This document shows, one piece after another, positions 1-9,160 of a stretch of 64,000 nt of DNA. Numbering within the stretch: the first letter of the stretch is position 1; every line of letters begins with the position of its first letter. The translations under genes and the position numbers were made by a program. Source of the DNA: an uncultured Mycoplasmatota bacterium (lineage in GTDB: Bacteria; Bacillota_I; Bacilli_A; RF39; UBA660); NCBI GenBank assembly GCA_946497955.1, contig CAMMMH010000004.1:12314-76313 (forward strand), read 5' to 3'. Below the pieces are notes generated by a model. The model was given only the letters and a program-made list of their open reading frames with translations. It did no database searches and was not told where the DNA came from.

Positions 1-351
1 CAAAAACTTTTTGATATTATAGATAGAGATATATTTGAAACAACCTTTTTAGAATCAGTAAAATGTTATCCTTTAGAACGAAAAAATTTAAAAACGTGTT
101 CTAAGAACTGTAAAAACATTATGCTAAAACAACTTGAATTGTTGAATCCAAAGCTAATCATTACTTTAGGAGAATTTCCAACTAGAAACTTACTTAATTT
201 TAAGTTTAATAAATTTCAAGATGTAGTAGGAAAAATATATGAAGTTGATGGATATAAAATTTTACCAATATATCATCCAAGCCCAATATCTCCTAAAAGC
301 TACAAGGGTAATTTGCCAATATTTGAAAAATTAAAAAATGAGGTGATTTAA
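1..351 (+). CDS. uracil-DNA glycosylase superfamily (family 4-like) protein, C-terminal part; 5' end lies outside the window
   Basis: Frame 1 is open from base 1 (QKLFDIIDRD...) and continuous with the tracked ORF 121-351. 'LIITLG' and 'ILPIYHPSPISP' resemble UDG-superfamily motifs. Confidence 0.5.
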   Translation, partial: QKLFDIIDRDIFETTFLESVKCYPLERKNLKTCSKNCKNIMLKQLELLNPKLIITLGEFPTRNLLNFKFNKFQDVVGKIYEVDGYKILPIYHPSPISPKSYKGNLPIFEKLKNEVI

Positions 352-352
352 T

Positions 353-1015
353 ATGACAACTAATGGTTATGTTAAAATGTGGGATAATTGGTCTAAAAAA
401 CGTTATAGTATTCCAGTTTATGATTTATGGTTAGATGAATATAAAGATATTTTAGATAAAAATAAAGATAGCGAAATTTTAGATTTAGGCTGTGGTATAG
501 GTGCTGACACTTTATATTTAATAGAAAGAGGATATAACGTTTTATCTTGTGACTTTTCTAAAGAAGCTTTAAAGAGCGTTGAAGATAATATTCCTAATAG
601 TAAAACAATGTATTTAAATATGTTAGAGAAGTTTCCAATTGATAGTGATACATATTCTTTAATTATAGCAGATTTATCTTTACAGTATTTTAATAATCAA
701 GATACTATACATATAATGAATGAAATAAAAAGAATATTAAAAACGGATGGAATACTGTTAGCACGAGTTGCTTCTGTTAATGATTTTAATTTCGGAGCGG
801 GTGTTGGTGAAGAACGAGAGAAAAACTTTTATTTTGAAGGAGATTATACAAAAAGATTTTTTGATTTAGAAGATGTTAATAGGTACTTTGGAATCATTGG
901 TTCAGTTGAGGCAGAAGAAACGTCTATGACTAGAGATGAAGATGAATATTCAAAACCTAAAATATTATATAAAGTTAAAGTCAAAAAGAAAGGAAATAAT
1001 AAAAATGAATTTTAA
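353..1015 (+). CDS. class I SAM-dependent methyltransferase
   Basis: Motif I 'ILDLGCGIGADTLYL' and the acidic 'DFS' / 'IIADLSLQYF' post-motifs typical of the Rossmann-fold MTase family. Confidence 0.75.
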   Translation: MTTNGYVKMWDNWSKKRYSIPVYDLWLDEYKDILDKNKDSEILDLGCGIGADTLYLIERGYNVLSCDFSKEALKSVEDNIPNSKTMYLNMLEKFPIDSDTYSLIIADLSLQYFNNQDTIHIMNEIKRILKTDGILLARVASVNDFNFGAGVGEEREKNFYFEGDYTKRFFDLEDVNRYFGIIGSVEAEETSMTRDEDEYSKPKILYKVKVKKKGNNKNEF

Positions 1016-1763
1016 AGTAAATGATTATGATAAATTTGCAGAGAAAAGACACTTTGAAGTGACGAATGGAATGAAAAAGTCATTACGATTTGTAGAAAAA
1101 CCTATGATGTTATCTATGATTCCCAATATTGAAGGTAAAAGAGTCCTTTTATTAGGCTGTGGAACTGCTGAAGAAAGTGAGATGTTAAGTAAATATAATC
1201 CTAAAGAAATAACAGGTATTGATATTTCAGAGAAATCAATAGCTATTGCTAAAGAAAGCTATCCTAATTGTAACTTCTATGTAGGAGATATGATAAATCT
1301 TCCTTTTAAAGAAAATGAATTTGATTTTATTTTTAGTAGTTTAGCAATTACTCATGTAGAAGATAAAGATAAAGTCTTTAAAGAATTATATAGAGTATTA
1401 GATGAAAATGGTCAAGTTTTATTTTCTGTTGGTCATCCTATGAGATTTGCTACTGAAAAAATTAATTATAATGATAATAATTTTCATGTTATAGGATTTG
1501 AAGCTGGTAGTGATGGAAAACAAGTACTAGGAAAATATATGTCCCATACAAAACAAGTAAATCATTTTAAAGATAATGAGGTATTAGAAGAGTTTATAGC
1601 TCCACCATCATATTATTTTGAGATACTTAAGAACAATAACTTTGTAGTTGAAGATTTTAAAGAATCAAGATGTATTGATGAATGTAAAGAAATAGATGAA
1701 GCATATTATAATAGATTTCATGAGATACCACAGTTTATGGGATTTTTAGCTAAAAAAAACTAA
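1005..1763 (+). CDS. class I SAM-dependent methyltransferase
   Basis: 'VLLLGCGTAEE', 'GIDISEKSI' and 'FDFIFSSLAITHV' MTase motifs. Start moved to ATG 1005 (MNFKVN), which follows an AAAGGAAA SD and avoids an 80-nt overlap with the upstream gene. Confidence 0.75.
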   Translation: MNFKVNDYDKFAEKRHFEVTNGMKKSLRFVEKPMMLSMIPNIEGKRVLLLGCGTAEESEMLSKYNPKEITGIDISEKSIAIAKESYPNCNFYVGDMINLPFKENEFDFIFSSLAITHVEDKDKVFKELYRVLDENGQVLFSVGHPMRFATEKINYNDNNFHVIGFEAGSDGKQVLGKYMSHTKQVNHFKDNEVLEEFIAPPSYYFEILKNNNFVVEDFKESRCIDECKEIDEAYYNRFHEIPQFMGFLAKKN

Positions 1764-1799
1764 AGAGTAAATTATTAATTTAAAAGGAGATGATTAAAT

Positions 1800-2552
1800 A
1801 TGTTTTTTAAAGACAAAATTTATTTAGTAACAGGTTCTACCTCTGGTATAGGTCAAGGAATTGCAAAGGAATTATTAGAAAATGGAGCAAAAGTTGTTAT
1901 TAATTATGCTCATAATGAAGAAAATGCAAATTTAACAAAAAATATGTTTAAACAGTTTAAAAAAAATACTTTGTTTATAAAAGCAGATGTTTCAAATGAA
2001 GCTGACGTTAAGAATATGTATAAACAAATTGAAGAAAAGTTTGGAGGATTGGATGGTATAGTCAATAATGCAGTATATGACAAGATTTTTTCCATTGAAG
2101 ATTTAACTGCAGAGGAATATAGAAAAGAATTGAGTGTTAATGTTGTTGGTAGATGGTTATGTATAAAATATGCAATCCCATTATTAAAGAAATCCAAAGT
2201 TCCAAGAATAATAAATATAGCATCTAGATTAGGTACTAAACCAATAGATGATTCTGTAGCATACTGTACAAGTGAAGCTGCCACTATTATGCTAACTAAA
2301 TGCTGTGCATTAGAATTAACACCTAAATATAATATTAAAGTAAATACTGTTAGTCCGTCTATGACTCTAACGCCTCTAGCTAAGAAAAGTTATTCTGAAG
2401 AAGAAATAAAGGAGACCTCATCAAAAAATCCAAGTGGTAGATTGGGAGAAGTAAGTGATATAGTTCATACAGTATCATTCTTATTAAGTGACAAAGCAGA
2501 TTATATTAATGGCGAAAATATAAATGTTAATGGTGGCATACTTTTAAAATAA
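1800..2552 (+). CDS. short-chain dehydrogenase/reductase (SDR) family protein with atypical active site
   Basis: 'VTGSTSGIGQGIA' NAD(P)-binding motif and 'NNAV'. The expected YxxxK reads 'YCTSE', so Glu replaces the catalytic Lys. Confidence 0.8.
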   Translation: MFFKDKIYLVTGSTSGIGQGIAKELLENGAKVVINYAHNEENANLTKNMFKQFKKNTLFIKADVSNEADVKNMYKQIEEKFGGLDGIVNNAVYDKIFSIEDLTAEEYRKELSVNVVGRWLCIKYAIPLLKKSKVPRIINIASRLGTKPIDDSVAYCTSEAATIMLTKCCALELTPKYNIKVNTVSPSMTLTPLAKKSYSEEEIKETSSKNPSGRLGEVSDIVHTVSFLLSDKADYINGENINVNGGILLK

Positions 2553-2632
2553 TCAAATATTAATCTTTAATAGAATATTGATTTAAGTAACATATTTTTA
2601 TTAGATTTACGCAATTTTGAGGAGATGTAATT

Positions 2633-3430
2633 ATGGAACATGTAATGAAACTATATGAATCTAGTTTTGAAGATTTAAAGTCTGGAAGGAAAAAAAGGGA
2701 ATATCGTTTAAATGATGAAAAAAGAAAGTTAGTAAGAGTTGGAGATACAATTAAATTTTTAAAACTTCCAAATTTAGATGAAGAATTTATTGTCGATGTT
2801 AATAAAATTGAAAAATTTGATAATTGGTATGAATGTTATGCTAAATACTATGATGAAGATTTTAAGGATAAATATGATAGTATTGAAGACGTCGTACAAG
2901 ATACTTATGATGGAGGTTATTATACAAAAGAAGAAACCGAACAAAATGGATGTGTAGTTTTTTCAATTAAAAAACATCGCATTGCTCATTTAAATGCAAC
3001 TGCTTGTTATTTGAAAAAAGATAATAAAGTTTTAATGATTAAATTTACTAAAAAGTGGGGACAAGTCTATGCTCCTCCTGGTGGAAAATTCGAAGAAGGA
3101 GAATCACCATTAGACTGCTTAATTAGAGAATATTATGAAGAGACAGGTTTAACTTTGATTAATCCAAAACTACAGGGAATATCCTATTGGAAAGACTCGG
3201 CAGAAGGAATTATATTTGTATATACAGCTGATGATTATAAAGGAGATTTATTATCTGCATCAGAAGAAGGCATATTAGAATGGATAAAATTTGAAGATTT
3301 AGAAAAACTAAAACAGTTTGACCAAAATCAAAAATTCACTCCATACTTATTTAAAGATGAGTTATTTGAAGGTAAATTTTTACTTGATAATAAATGCAAA
3401 GTTTTAGAATACCATATTAGAACAATGTAA
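2633..3430 (+). CDS. ASCH domain - NUDIX hydrolase fusion protein
   Basis: The N-terminal ~110 aa are ASCH-like (SFEDLKSGRKKREYRLNDEKR...GDTIKF). The C-terminal half has a canonical Nudix box 'GGKFEEGESPLDCLIREYYEETGL'. GAGGAG SD lies upstream. Confidence 0.7.
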   Translation: MEHVMKLYESSFEDLKSGRKKREYRLNDEKRKLVRVGDTIKFLKLPNLDEEFIVDVNKIEKFDNWYECYAKYYDEDFKDKYDSIEDVVQDTYDGGYYTKEETEQNGCVVFSIKKHRIAHLNATACYLKKDNKVLMIKFTKKWGQVYAPPGGKFEEGESPLDCLIREYYEETGLTLINPKLQGISYWKDSAEGIIFVYTADDYKGDLLSASEEGILEWIKFEDLEKLKQFDQNQKFTPYLFKDELFEGKFLLDNKCKVLEYHIRTM

Positions 3431-3456
3431 CTAATATTTAAAGGAGGGCAAATTGA

Positions 3457-4191
3457 ATGACTAAAAAAGTTTTAATAACAGGTGGAGGAACAGGTATTGG
3501 AAAAGCTATTGCAAAAGCATTTTATGAAAAAGGTTATGAGGTATATATTTTAGGTAGAAGAAAAGAGAAACTAGAAGAAGTCTGTAATGATACTAATAAT
3601 TCTATTAATTATTTTATCTGTGATATTAGTAATAATAACGACATTAAACAGATTATAAATGAATTAAATAATATTGATACCTTAATAAATTGTGCAGGGA
3701 TAATTAGTAGTGGTGAAGAAAAAGAAAAATATGATTATTTTGAATTAAATAATATTATTGATACTAATCTAAAAGGAACTATAAGTATGTGTTTGCAGAT
3801 AATTGATAAATGGAAAGAAAACAACATTAAAGGAAATATAATTAACATTGGTTCAATAGTAGCGAATAATGGTTCAAAATATTTTCCTATTTATTCAGCA
3901 AGTAAAGCAGGAATAATTGCTTTTTCAAAATCTATTGCTTCTAGATATGGTGAACTAGGTATTAGATGTAATGTTATTTCTCCAGGTGTTATAAAGACTC
4001 CAATGTCATATATTGAAACTCCAGACTTCGATAATTATATAGAAGATATAGAAAATAATACCCCATTAGGACGTTTAGGTAATCCTGATGATATAGCAAA
4101 GGTAGCCTTATTTTTGGACAGTGAAAATTCTCTATTTATAACAGGCCAAGATATAATAGTAGATGGTGGTTATACACTAAGTCAAGAATAA
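3457..4191 (+). CDS. SDR family oxidoreductase
   Basis: 'ITGGGTGIGKAIA', 'NCAG' and a canonical 'YSASKAG' (YxxxK) motif. Confidence 0.85.
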   Translation: MTKKVLITGGGTGIGKAIAKAFYEKGYEVYILGRRKEKLEEVCNDTNNSINYFICDISNNNDIKQIINELNNIDTLINCAGIISSGEEKEKYDYFELNNIIDTNLKGTISMCLQIIDKWKENNIKGNIINIGSIVANNGSKYFPIYSASKAGIIAFSKSIASRYGELGIRCNVISPGVIKTPMSYIETPDFDNYIEDIENNTPLGRLGNPDDIAKVALFLDSENSLFITGQDIIVDGGYTLSQE

Positions 4192-4240
4192 AAACATATA
4201 AAATAGCATTAAATATACTACATAAAAACTGCTAACTTTC

Positions 4241-5044
4241 TCAGTTAACAGTTTTCTTTTGTATAAATTTCTCAAGTAAACAAATAAGATAATAGAATAA
4301 GAAAGCTAAGACACCTAGAACAATAACAGAAGCAATGACAAGGTCTATATTAAATACTTGAGTACCATACATTATTAGATATCCAAGTCCTTTTTTTGAT
4401 ACAAGCAATTCCCCCATTATGACACCTATATAGCACATGCTCACATTAATCTTAAGATTATTAATAATATTAGATAGATTAGAAGGAATAACTGCCTTCA
4501 TAAATATCTGTATTTTACTAGCACCTAAACTTCTAAGTAAAGTAATATAGTTACTATCAGTTTCTTTAAAATTATGATAAACATTTATAATAGACAAGAA
4601 TAAAGAGATTAATAAAGCCATAAAGATAATAGAATTAGTACTAGCACCTACCCAAATAATAATTAAAGGTCCAAGTGCCACTTTAGGTAGAGAATTTAAA
4701 ACAGTTAAATAAGGATCAAGTATCTTCGCTAATCTCTTAGAAAACCAAAATAGAGTAGAGACTAACAAGGAAATAATTGTAACTACTAAAAAGCTAACTA
4801 CTGTCTCATATAAAGTAATACCTATATGTACTAATAAATCATTATCAGTGAATAGACTTCCTAAAGTTTTAAGTACTAGACTAGGACTAGATAAAAGAAA
4901 AGTATTAATAAGATTAAATCTTGCTAATAGTTCCCATCCTAAAATGAACACTAGTAATATTAATATTTGAAAACTAATAACAATAATTTTTTCTCTTTTT
5001 TTCTTTCTTAAAAATTCTTTATGTTCCATACTATAACTTGACAT
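4241..5044 (-). CDS. ABC transporter permease (NitT/TauT / SsuC-like family)
   Basis: About six hydrophobic segments and an EAA-like loop 'SLGASKIQIFMKAVIPS'. Its start overlaps the stop of the upstream ATPase fragment. Confidence 0.8.
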   Translation of the reverse strand: MSSYSMEHKEFLRKKKREKIIVISFQILILLVFILGWELLARFNLINTFLLSSPSLVLKTLGSLFTDNDLLVHIGITLYETVVSFLVVTIISLLVSTLFWFSKRLAKILDPYLTVLNSLPKVALGPLIIIWVGASTNSIIFMALLISLFLSIINVYHNFKETDSNYITLLRSLGASKIQIFMKAVIPSNLSNIINNLKINVSMCYIGVIMGELLVSKKGLGYLIMYGTQVFNIDLVIASVIVLGVLAFLFYYLICLLEKFIQKKTVN

Positions 5045-5366
5045 CTAAATCTCTCCATATCGCTTCATAATAGTAATTAAATTCTTTTTCTTTTCTATTA
5101 TTAAATGGAGTAGAACGATTTTTATAATTAATATCATAAATCTTTTTAACAACACAAGGCCTTTTGGTAAGTACTACAACTTTATCACCTACGCTCAAAG
5201 CTTCTGATAAATCGTGAGTTACCATAATAGCAGTTTTACCTAAGTCTTTAACCATTTTATAAACATCATCTGCAAGCATTACTCTAGTCATGGCATCGAG
5301 TGCAGAAAAAGGTTCATCTAAGAGTAATATATCAGGTTTAGTAGCAAGTGTCCTGATTAGAGCAAC
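5031..5366 (-). pseudogene. ABC transporter ATP-binding protein, C-terminal part (split by element 1)
   Basis: The minus-strand frame reads ...TVALIRTLATKPDILLLDEPFSALDAMTRVMLADD...VTHDLSEAL, covering Walker B, D-loop and H-loop. It lacks Walker A and the signature motif, which are found at 19124-19549. Confidence 0.9.
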
Positions 5367-5386
5367 TGTTTGAATATTGTTAAGAC
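5367..5386. repeat. left terminal inverted repeat / att arm of element 1
   Basis: TGTTTGAATATTGTTAAGAC is the imperfect reverse complement of 19111-19130. The outer 10 bp (TTGTTAAGAC / GTCTTAACAA) match perfectly. Confidence 0.8.
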
Positions 5387-6240
5387 ATAGTACTTTCTAA
5401 CTTTTTATTATCATCTATATATTGATAATTAAGATTATTATTTTTACTAATAACATTCTCTCCAAGTTTTTCTTCTATATCTTTTCTCGTATTACTAGCA
5501 ACTTCGCCACCTGCTTTAGCAATCTTCCTATTTTCACTTAATCCGTAAGGTTTATGCTTTTTAGCAAGCTCACGAGTTGTAATCTCACCTATATCTGCAA
5601 GTAATACTTCTATGTCACTCATATTATCTCTTAAAGATTCTTTTCTAAGACCTTTAAACTCCTTATATTCTTTAGCAGTCATACCAGACCATTCTCTATA
5701 AATATCATTAGTAAGAATGGCATATTCTAAATTACTGTCAACACCATTATCTTTCCATACTTCAGTAAGTTTCTTTCTATCCTGGATACCTTTAATTCTT
5801 TTAATAATCCAATCTTCATCATATCCTTTAGCTCTATAAGTATCAATTGCTCTTTGAAATGCAAGAGAAGGATCAAAAGTTTCATCAATTCTTTCACTAC
5901 CAAGTTTAGCAAGCCACCCTTTTATAGGCTCAGCATTTTTACTAGGTATTGATTCAATAATTCTAAACATCCCCTCAATATCAACAACATCAGTTAAACG
6001 ATATTTACCATCTTGAGCTTTTAATTTTAAAGCGTTACAATTAGTAACGGTTTCATTTCCTTCATCTTTAAGACGCTTTTTTAATACTCTCCAATAAGTT
6101 TGTGGATTAGTACTACCTGTCAAAACTCTAACTATATCAACTACACTAATATAGTATTTTTCTTTTTCATTATCCCAAACAGTTCTAATTGTTTCATTGT
6201 TAAATAACTTATTTACAATATGCATTTTATCTTGATTCAT
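5380..6240 (-). CDS. Bro-N domain / DinD-like (DNA-damage-inducible protein D family) protein
   Basis: 'IRTVWDNEKEKYYISVVDIVRVLTGSTNPQTYW...LKLKAQDGKYRLTDVVDIEGMFRIIESIPSKNAEPIKGWLAKLG' matches the Bro-N/DinD pattern. Start placed at ATG 6240 after a GGAAGGAA SD. Confidence 0.7.
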   Translation of the reverse strand: MNQDKMHIVNKLFNNETIRTVWDNEKEKYYISVVDIVRVLTGSTNPQTYWRVLKKRLKDEGNETVTNCNALKLKAQDGKYRLTDVVDIEGMFRIIESIPSKNAEPIKGWLAKLGSERIDETFDPSLAFQRAIDTYRAKGYDEDWIIKRIKGIQDRKKLTEVWKDNGVDSNLEYAILTNDIYREWSGMTAKEYKEFKGLRKESLRDNMSDIEVLLADIGEITTRELAKKHKPYGLSENRKIAKAGGEVASNTRKDIEEKLGENVISKNNNLNYQYIDDNKKLESTMS

Positions 6241-6613
6241 ATATAATTCCTTCCTTTTCTTTATAATCATACTAACAGCTTAAAACCAAATATTAATTCA
6301 ATAACCATAAATATATCTTTAATATCAACAACAGCAGTGTTACAATATTTACTGCCAGACGATTTAATTATAGTTGTCTAATAATACTAGACAACTCAAA
6401 AACTTTCTCTTTTTTATTAATTTACTTTCCCTCTTAAGTATCACTTCCTTTCCTCCAAAATATTACTTGTTTTAGTTAGAGAGAATTCTTGCAAAATTAC
6501 CAAACACTTTATATCTCCATTAAAAAATAAGATAATATAAAAAACGCGACATCTATCACGTTTAATTTTTACCATCTCTATTAATATAATATGCAGTTAA
6601 ACTATTTTTTTCT

Positions 6614-8173
6614 TCAAAAATTCCACTTTATTTTTATAATTCTAATATTATCTTTAACTTCACCTACATAAATTTTATCTATAAACTCATTAACAATAAC
6701 TCTATTAAGATTATCTAGCTTTTTATATTTAGTGATTATTTTATTATCAAAATCTTTGATATTCTCTTTATAAATGCTAATCTTTTTATTAACATTATCT
6801 AACTGTTTAGAATATCTACCCTTATTATCTTCATAACTACTTACTAAAGTCTTAAACATCTCTAGTGAAATAACACCATTTACTTTATCTTCATAAAGAT
6901 TCTTTAAATAGTTTTTAGACTCATCTATTTTTCTCTTAATACTAACTAACTCACTTTCTAAAGATATTAACTTTCCCTTATATATTTCATTATATTTTTT
7001 ATTTATCTTTTCTTTTAATAACTCTTCATCATAAAATTTATCTAATAGTTTATTAACTTCAAGAAGAACAATACTCACTAACTTATCATATCTAATTGAT
7101 GACTTATTAGAGCAGGTACTATTATTAGAACACACTAAATACTCATGCTTTGAAGAGTTTTTCTTTCTTAAATAATGCTCACATTCTAAACAAAAAACTT
7201 TACCAGAAAACAAATGAACAGTACTACTACCTCTAGGTTTAGTCCTATTTTTCATCTCCCTTTGTACTTTATTAAATGTATCCTCATCAATAATCGCTTC
7301 ATGAGTATTAGGATAACTTATCCATAAACACTTATCTTTATTAATAATTTTATGATTCTTATAACTAACAGTAGTTCTTTTACCCTGTACAAGCTTACCT
7401 AAATAAACTTCGTTTTTAAGTATCGTCTTAATAGCATTACTATTCCATTTAATATCTTCACGAGCTTTATTACTAACCACATTTAACTTTATACCTTGTC
7501 TATATTTATGAAGTGATGGACTTGGTATATTTTTATCATTTAAGTATTTGGCAATAGCAGAGTAGCCATAGCCTTTTAAATAAAGATTAAAGATATCTTT
7601 AACTACTAAACAAGCTCCTTTATCAACAACTAATTTATTATTATTAGAACTATCTACTAAATAACCAAAAGGAGCGAAAGGGGAGATAAACTCACCCTGT
7701 TTCATCTTAGAATTAAAAGCACTTCTAATATTATTAGAAACATCCTCTAAATACCATTCATTAACAAGACCATTAATCTGTCTAGACTTCTTATTACCAG
7801 GATTTTCTGTATCAGCATTATCAGATAAACTAATAAATCTAACATTCCACTCTTTAAACTTATTATTAATATATCTCTCTACAATCTCCATATCCCTTGA
7901 AAATCTAGATTGACTCTTACACAAAACAATATCAATCTTACCATTTTCACAGTCATTAATTAATCTTTCAAACTCTGGTCTATAAGTACCTGCTCCAGAT
8001 AAATCTTCATCACAGTACTCACCAACTAAATTATAACTAGGGTTATTATTAATAACCTCCATTAACATATGTCTTTGATTTTTAATAGATTCACTATCGT
8101 CTAATCTATTTAACTTATCTTTATCTTCAATAGAAAGCCTTAAATAAATAGCTACCTTAAAGACCTCTTTCAT
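6614..8173 (-). CDS. large serine recombinase (resolvase N-domain + recombinase domain + Zn-ribbon + coiled coil)
   Basis: 'VAIYLRLSIEDKD' contains the catalytic Ser. Also present are 'SRFSRD', the recombinase-domain motif 'APFGY', a Cys cluster 'CLECEHY...CSNNSTC' and a Lys/Glu-rich coiled-coil tail. Length 519 aa. Confidence 0.9.
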   Translation of the reverse strand: MKEVFKVAIYLRLSIEDKDKLNRLDDSESIKNQRHMLMEVINNNPSYNLVGEYCDEDLSGAGTYRPEFERLINDCENGKIDIVLCKSQSRFSRDMEIVERYINNKFKEWNVRFISLSDNADTENPGNKKSRQINGLVNEWYLEDVSNNIRSAFNSKMKQGEFISPFAPFGYLVDSSNNNKLVVDKGACLVVKDIFNLYLKGYGYSAIAKYLNDKNIPSPSLHKYRQGIKLNVVSNKAREDIKWNSNAIKTILKNEVYLGKLVQGKRTTVSYKNHKIINKDKCLWISYPNTHEAIIDEDTFNKVQREMKNRTKPRGSSTVHLFSGKVFCLECEHYLRKKNSSKHEYLVCSNNSTCSNKSSIRYDKLVSIVLLEVNKLLDKFYDEELLKEKINKKYNEIYKGKLISLESELVSIKRKIDESKNYLKNLYEDKVNGVISLEMFKTLVSSYEDNKGRYSKQLDNVNKKISIYKENIKDFDNKIITKYKKLDNLNRVIVNEFIDKIYVGEVKDNIRIIKIKWNF

Positions 8174-8289
8174 TCTAAACTCATCTCAAGAGTAGTAATA
8201 ATTCTATATAATTTATCATTAATTAATTTTCTTAACTCATTATCACTAATAGATTTATCATATTCACATGAAACATTATAAGAACACAT
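8170..8289 (-). CDS. 39-aa ORF translationally coupled to the recombinase (not in the ORF track)
   Basis: GAGGAG SD, then ATG at 8289. Product MCSYNVSCEYDKSISDNELRKLINDKLYRIITTLEMSLE. Its TGA overlaps the recombinase ATG as ATGA. Confidence 0.4.
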   Translation of the reverse strand: MCSYNVSCEYDKSISDNELRKLINDKLYRIITTLEMSLE

Positions 8290-8338
8290 AAAAAATCACT
8301 CCTCATTAATCTATATTAAAAAAAGAAGTGATTTATTA

Positions 8339-9160
8339 TTAAACAGAAACATGAATAAAACTATTCAAATAATTTAATACAATATCAATCGCTTCGTCTA
8401 CAGGTATTCCTAGCCAATTATTATTAGCTAGACTCAATATTCTCTTATAACCTGTATTATTTAAAATATTTGTTATTCTATTAATAATATCACTTATATT
8501 GTTTTCCTTCATATTCTTATCATTAAATATTAATAGTTCAAAACATTTAAGTAATTTGCTTTTATCAAGCATTGTATTTTTTATTAAATAACAGAAATCA
8601 AATATATCTTTATATCTCGTTGATCTTATTCCAAATTTTAATAAAGATTTCAATTTTTCTGTAAAGATCTGTTCTTTAGAATTAACAAGTAAACTTACTT
8701 CTTTATCAAGTATGGTTAAATCGAAAAACAACTCATCTTGTTCTATCTCCAAATACTTATTAACTCCTATATCTAATTTTGTGTTTATAATATTATTAAA
8801 TTTATCTTTAATTGATATATTTAATCTTTTACCATCATAGTCTTGATGCTGTAGTTTTTCTATATTTCCTATTATTTCAATAGTTATACCATCATTAACA
8901 GTATTTAATATATTAATAAATTTAACTATTGATGTATTATCTAATGAATATCTAATAAAATCTAAATCTAAATCTCTAGTTGCTCTACGAATATCTTTAG
9001 ATATATTATGTATTACAACTCCACCTTTAATAGTAATATTATTCTTAAAATTGCTCTTATAAATTTTATCTAATATAATATCTTGGCACACCTTAGAAGA
9101 CGCCTCTATTCTTTTATACCCTAATTTTACATATTTATCTGTTAAATCGTTTAAATTCAT
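8339..9160 (-). CDS. abiEii: AbiEii/AbiGii-family nucleotidyltransferase toxin (type IV TA / abortive infection)
   Basis: The N-terminal 'ITIKGGVVIH...RRATRDLDLDF' matches the DUF1814 NTase motifs (KGG...R.T.DLD.). It directly abuts the AbiEi-like gene with no gap. Confidence 0.75.
   Translation of the reverse strand: MNLNDLTDKYVKLGYKRIEASSKVCQDIILDKIYKSNFKNNITIKGGVVIHNISKDIRRATRDLDLDFIRYSLDNTSIVKFINILNTVNDGITIEIIGNIEKLQHQDYDGKRLNISIKDKFNNIINTKLDIGVNKYLEIEQDELFFDLTILDKEVSLLVNSKEQIFTEKLKSLLKFGIRSTRYKDIFDFCYLIKNTMLDKSKLLKCFELLIFNDKNMKENNISDIINRITNILNNTGYKRILSLANNNWLGIPVDEAIDIVLNYLNSFIHVSV

Noticed and set aside
936-1004. Upstream extensions of ORFs given in the track (for example 936, 5380-6270, 18504, 24819, 25753, 33812, 39804, 43892, 44944, 45632, 46449, 51125, 53663, 61734).
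   Set aside because: The extensions overlap the preceding gene or lack an SD, whereas an internal ATG/GTG has a well-spaced SD. Starts were moved accordingly, and residual uncertainty is noted in the evidence.
1910-2284. ORFs in the track lying antisense inside longer, motif-supported genes. These are 1910-2284, 5727-5912, 14876-15235, 15412-15603, 16861-17283, 17497-17682, 19688-19936, 28325-28729, 30432-30734, 34959-35168, 36463-36693, 37003-37371, 37703-38017, 38766-39068, 39953-40138, 45907-46272, 49700-49897, 52228-52434 and 58173-58454.
   Set aside because: Each is fully or largely embedded opposite a gene with clear family motifs. Their products are low-complexity Leu/Ile/Ser/Phe-rich strings, as expected from the reverse complement of AT-rich coding DNA, and none has a convincing SD.
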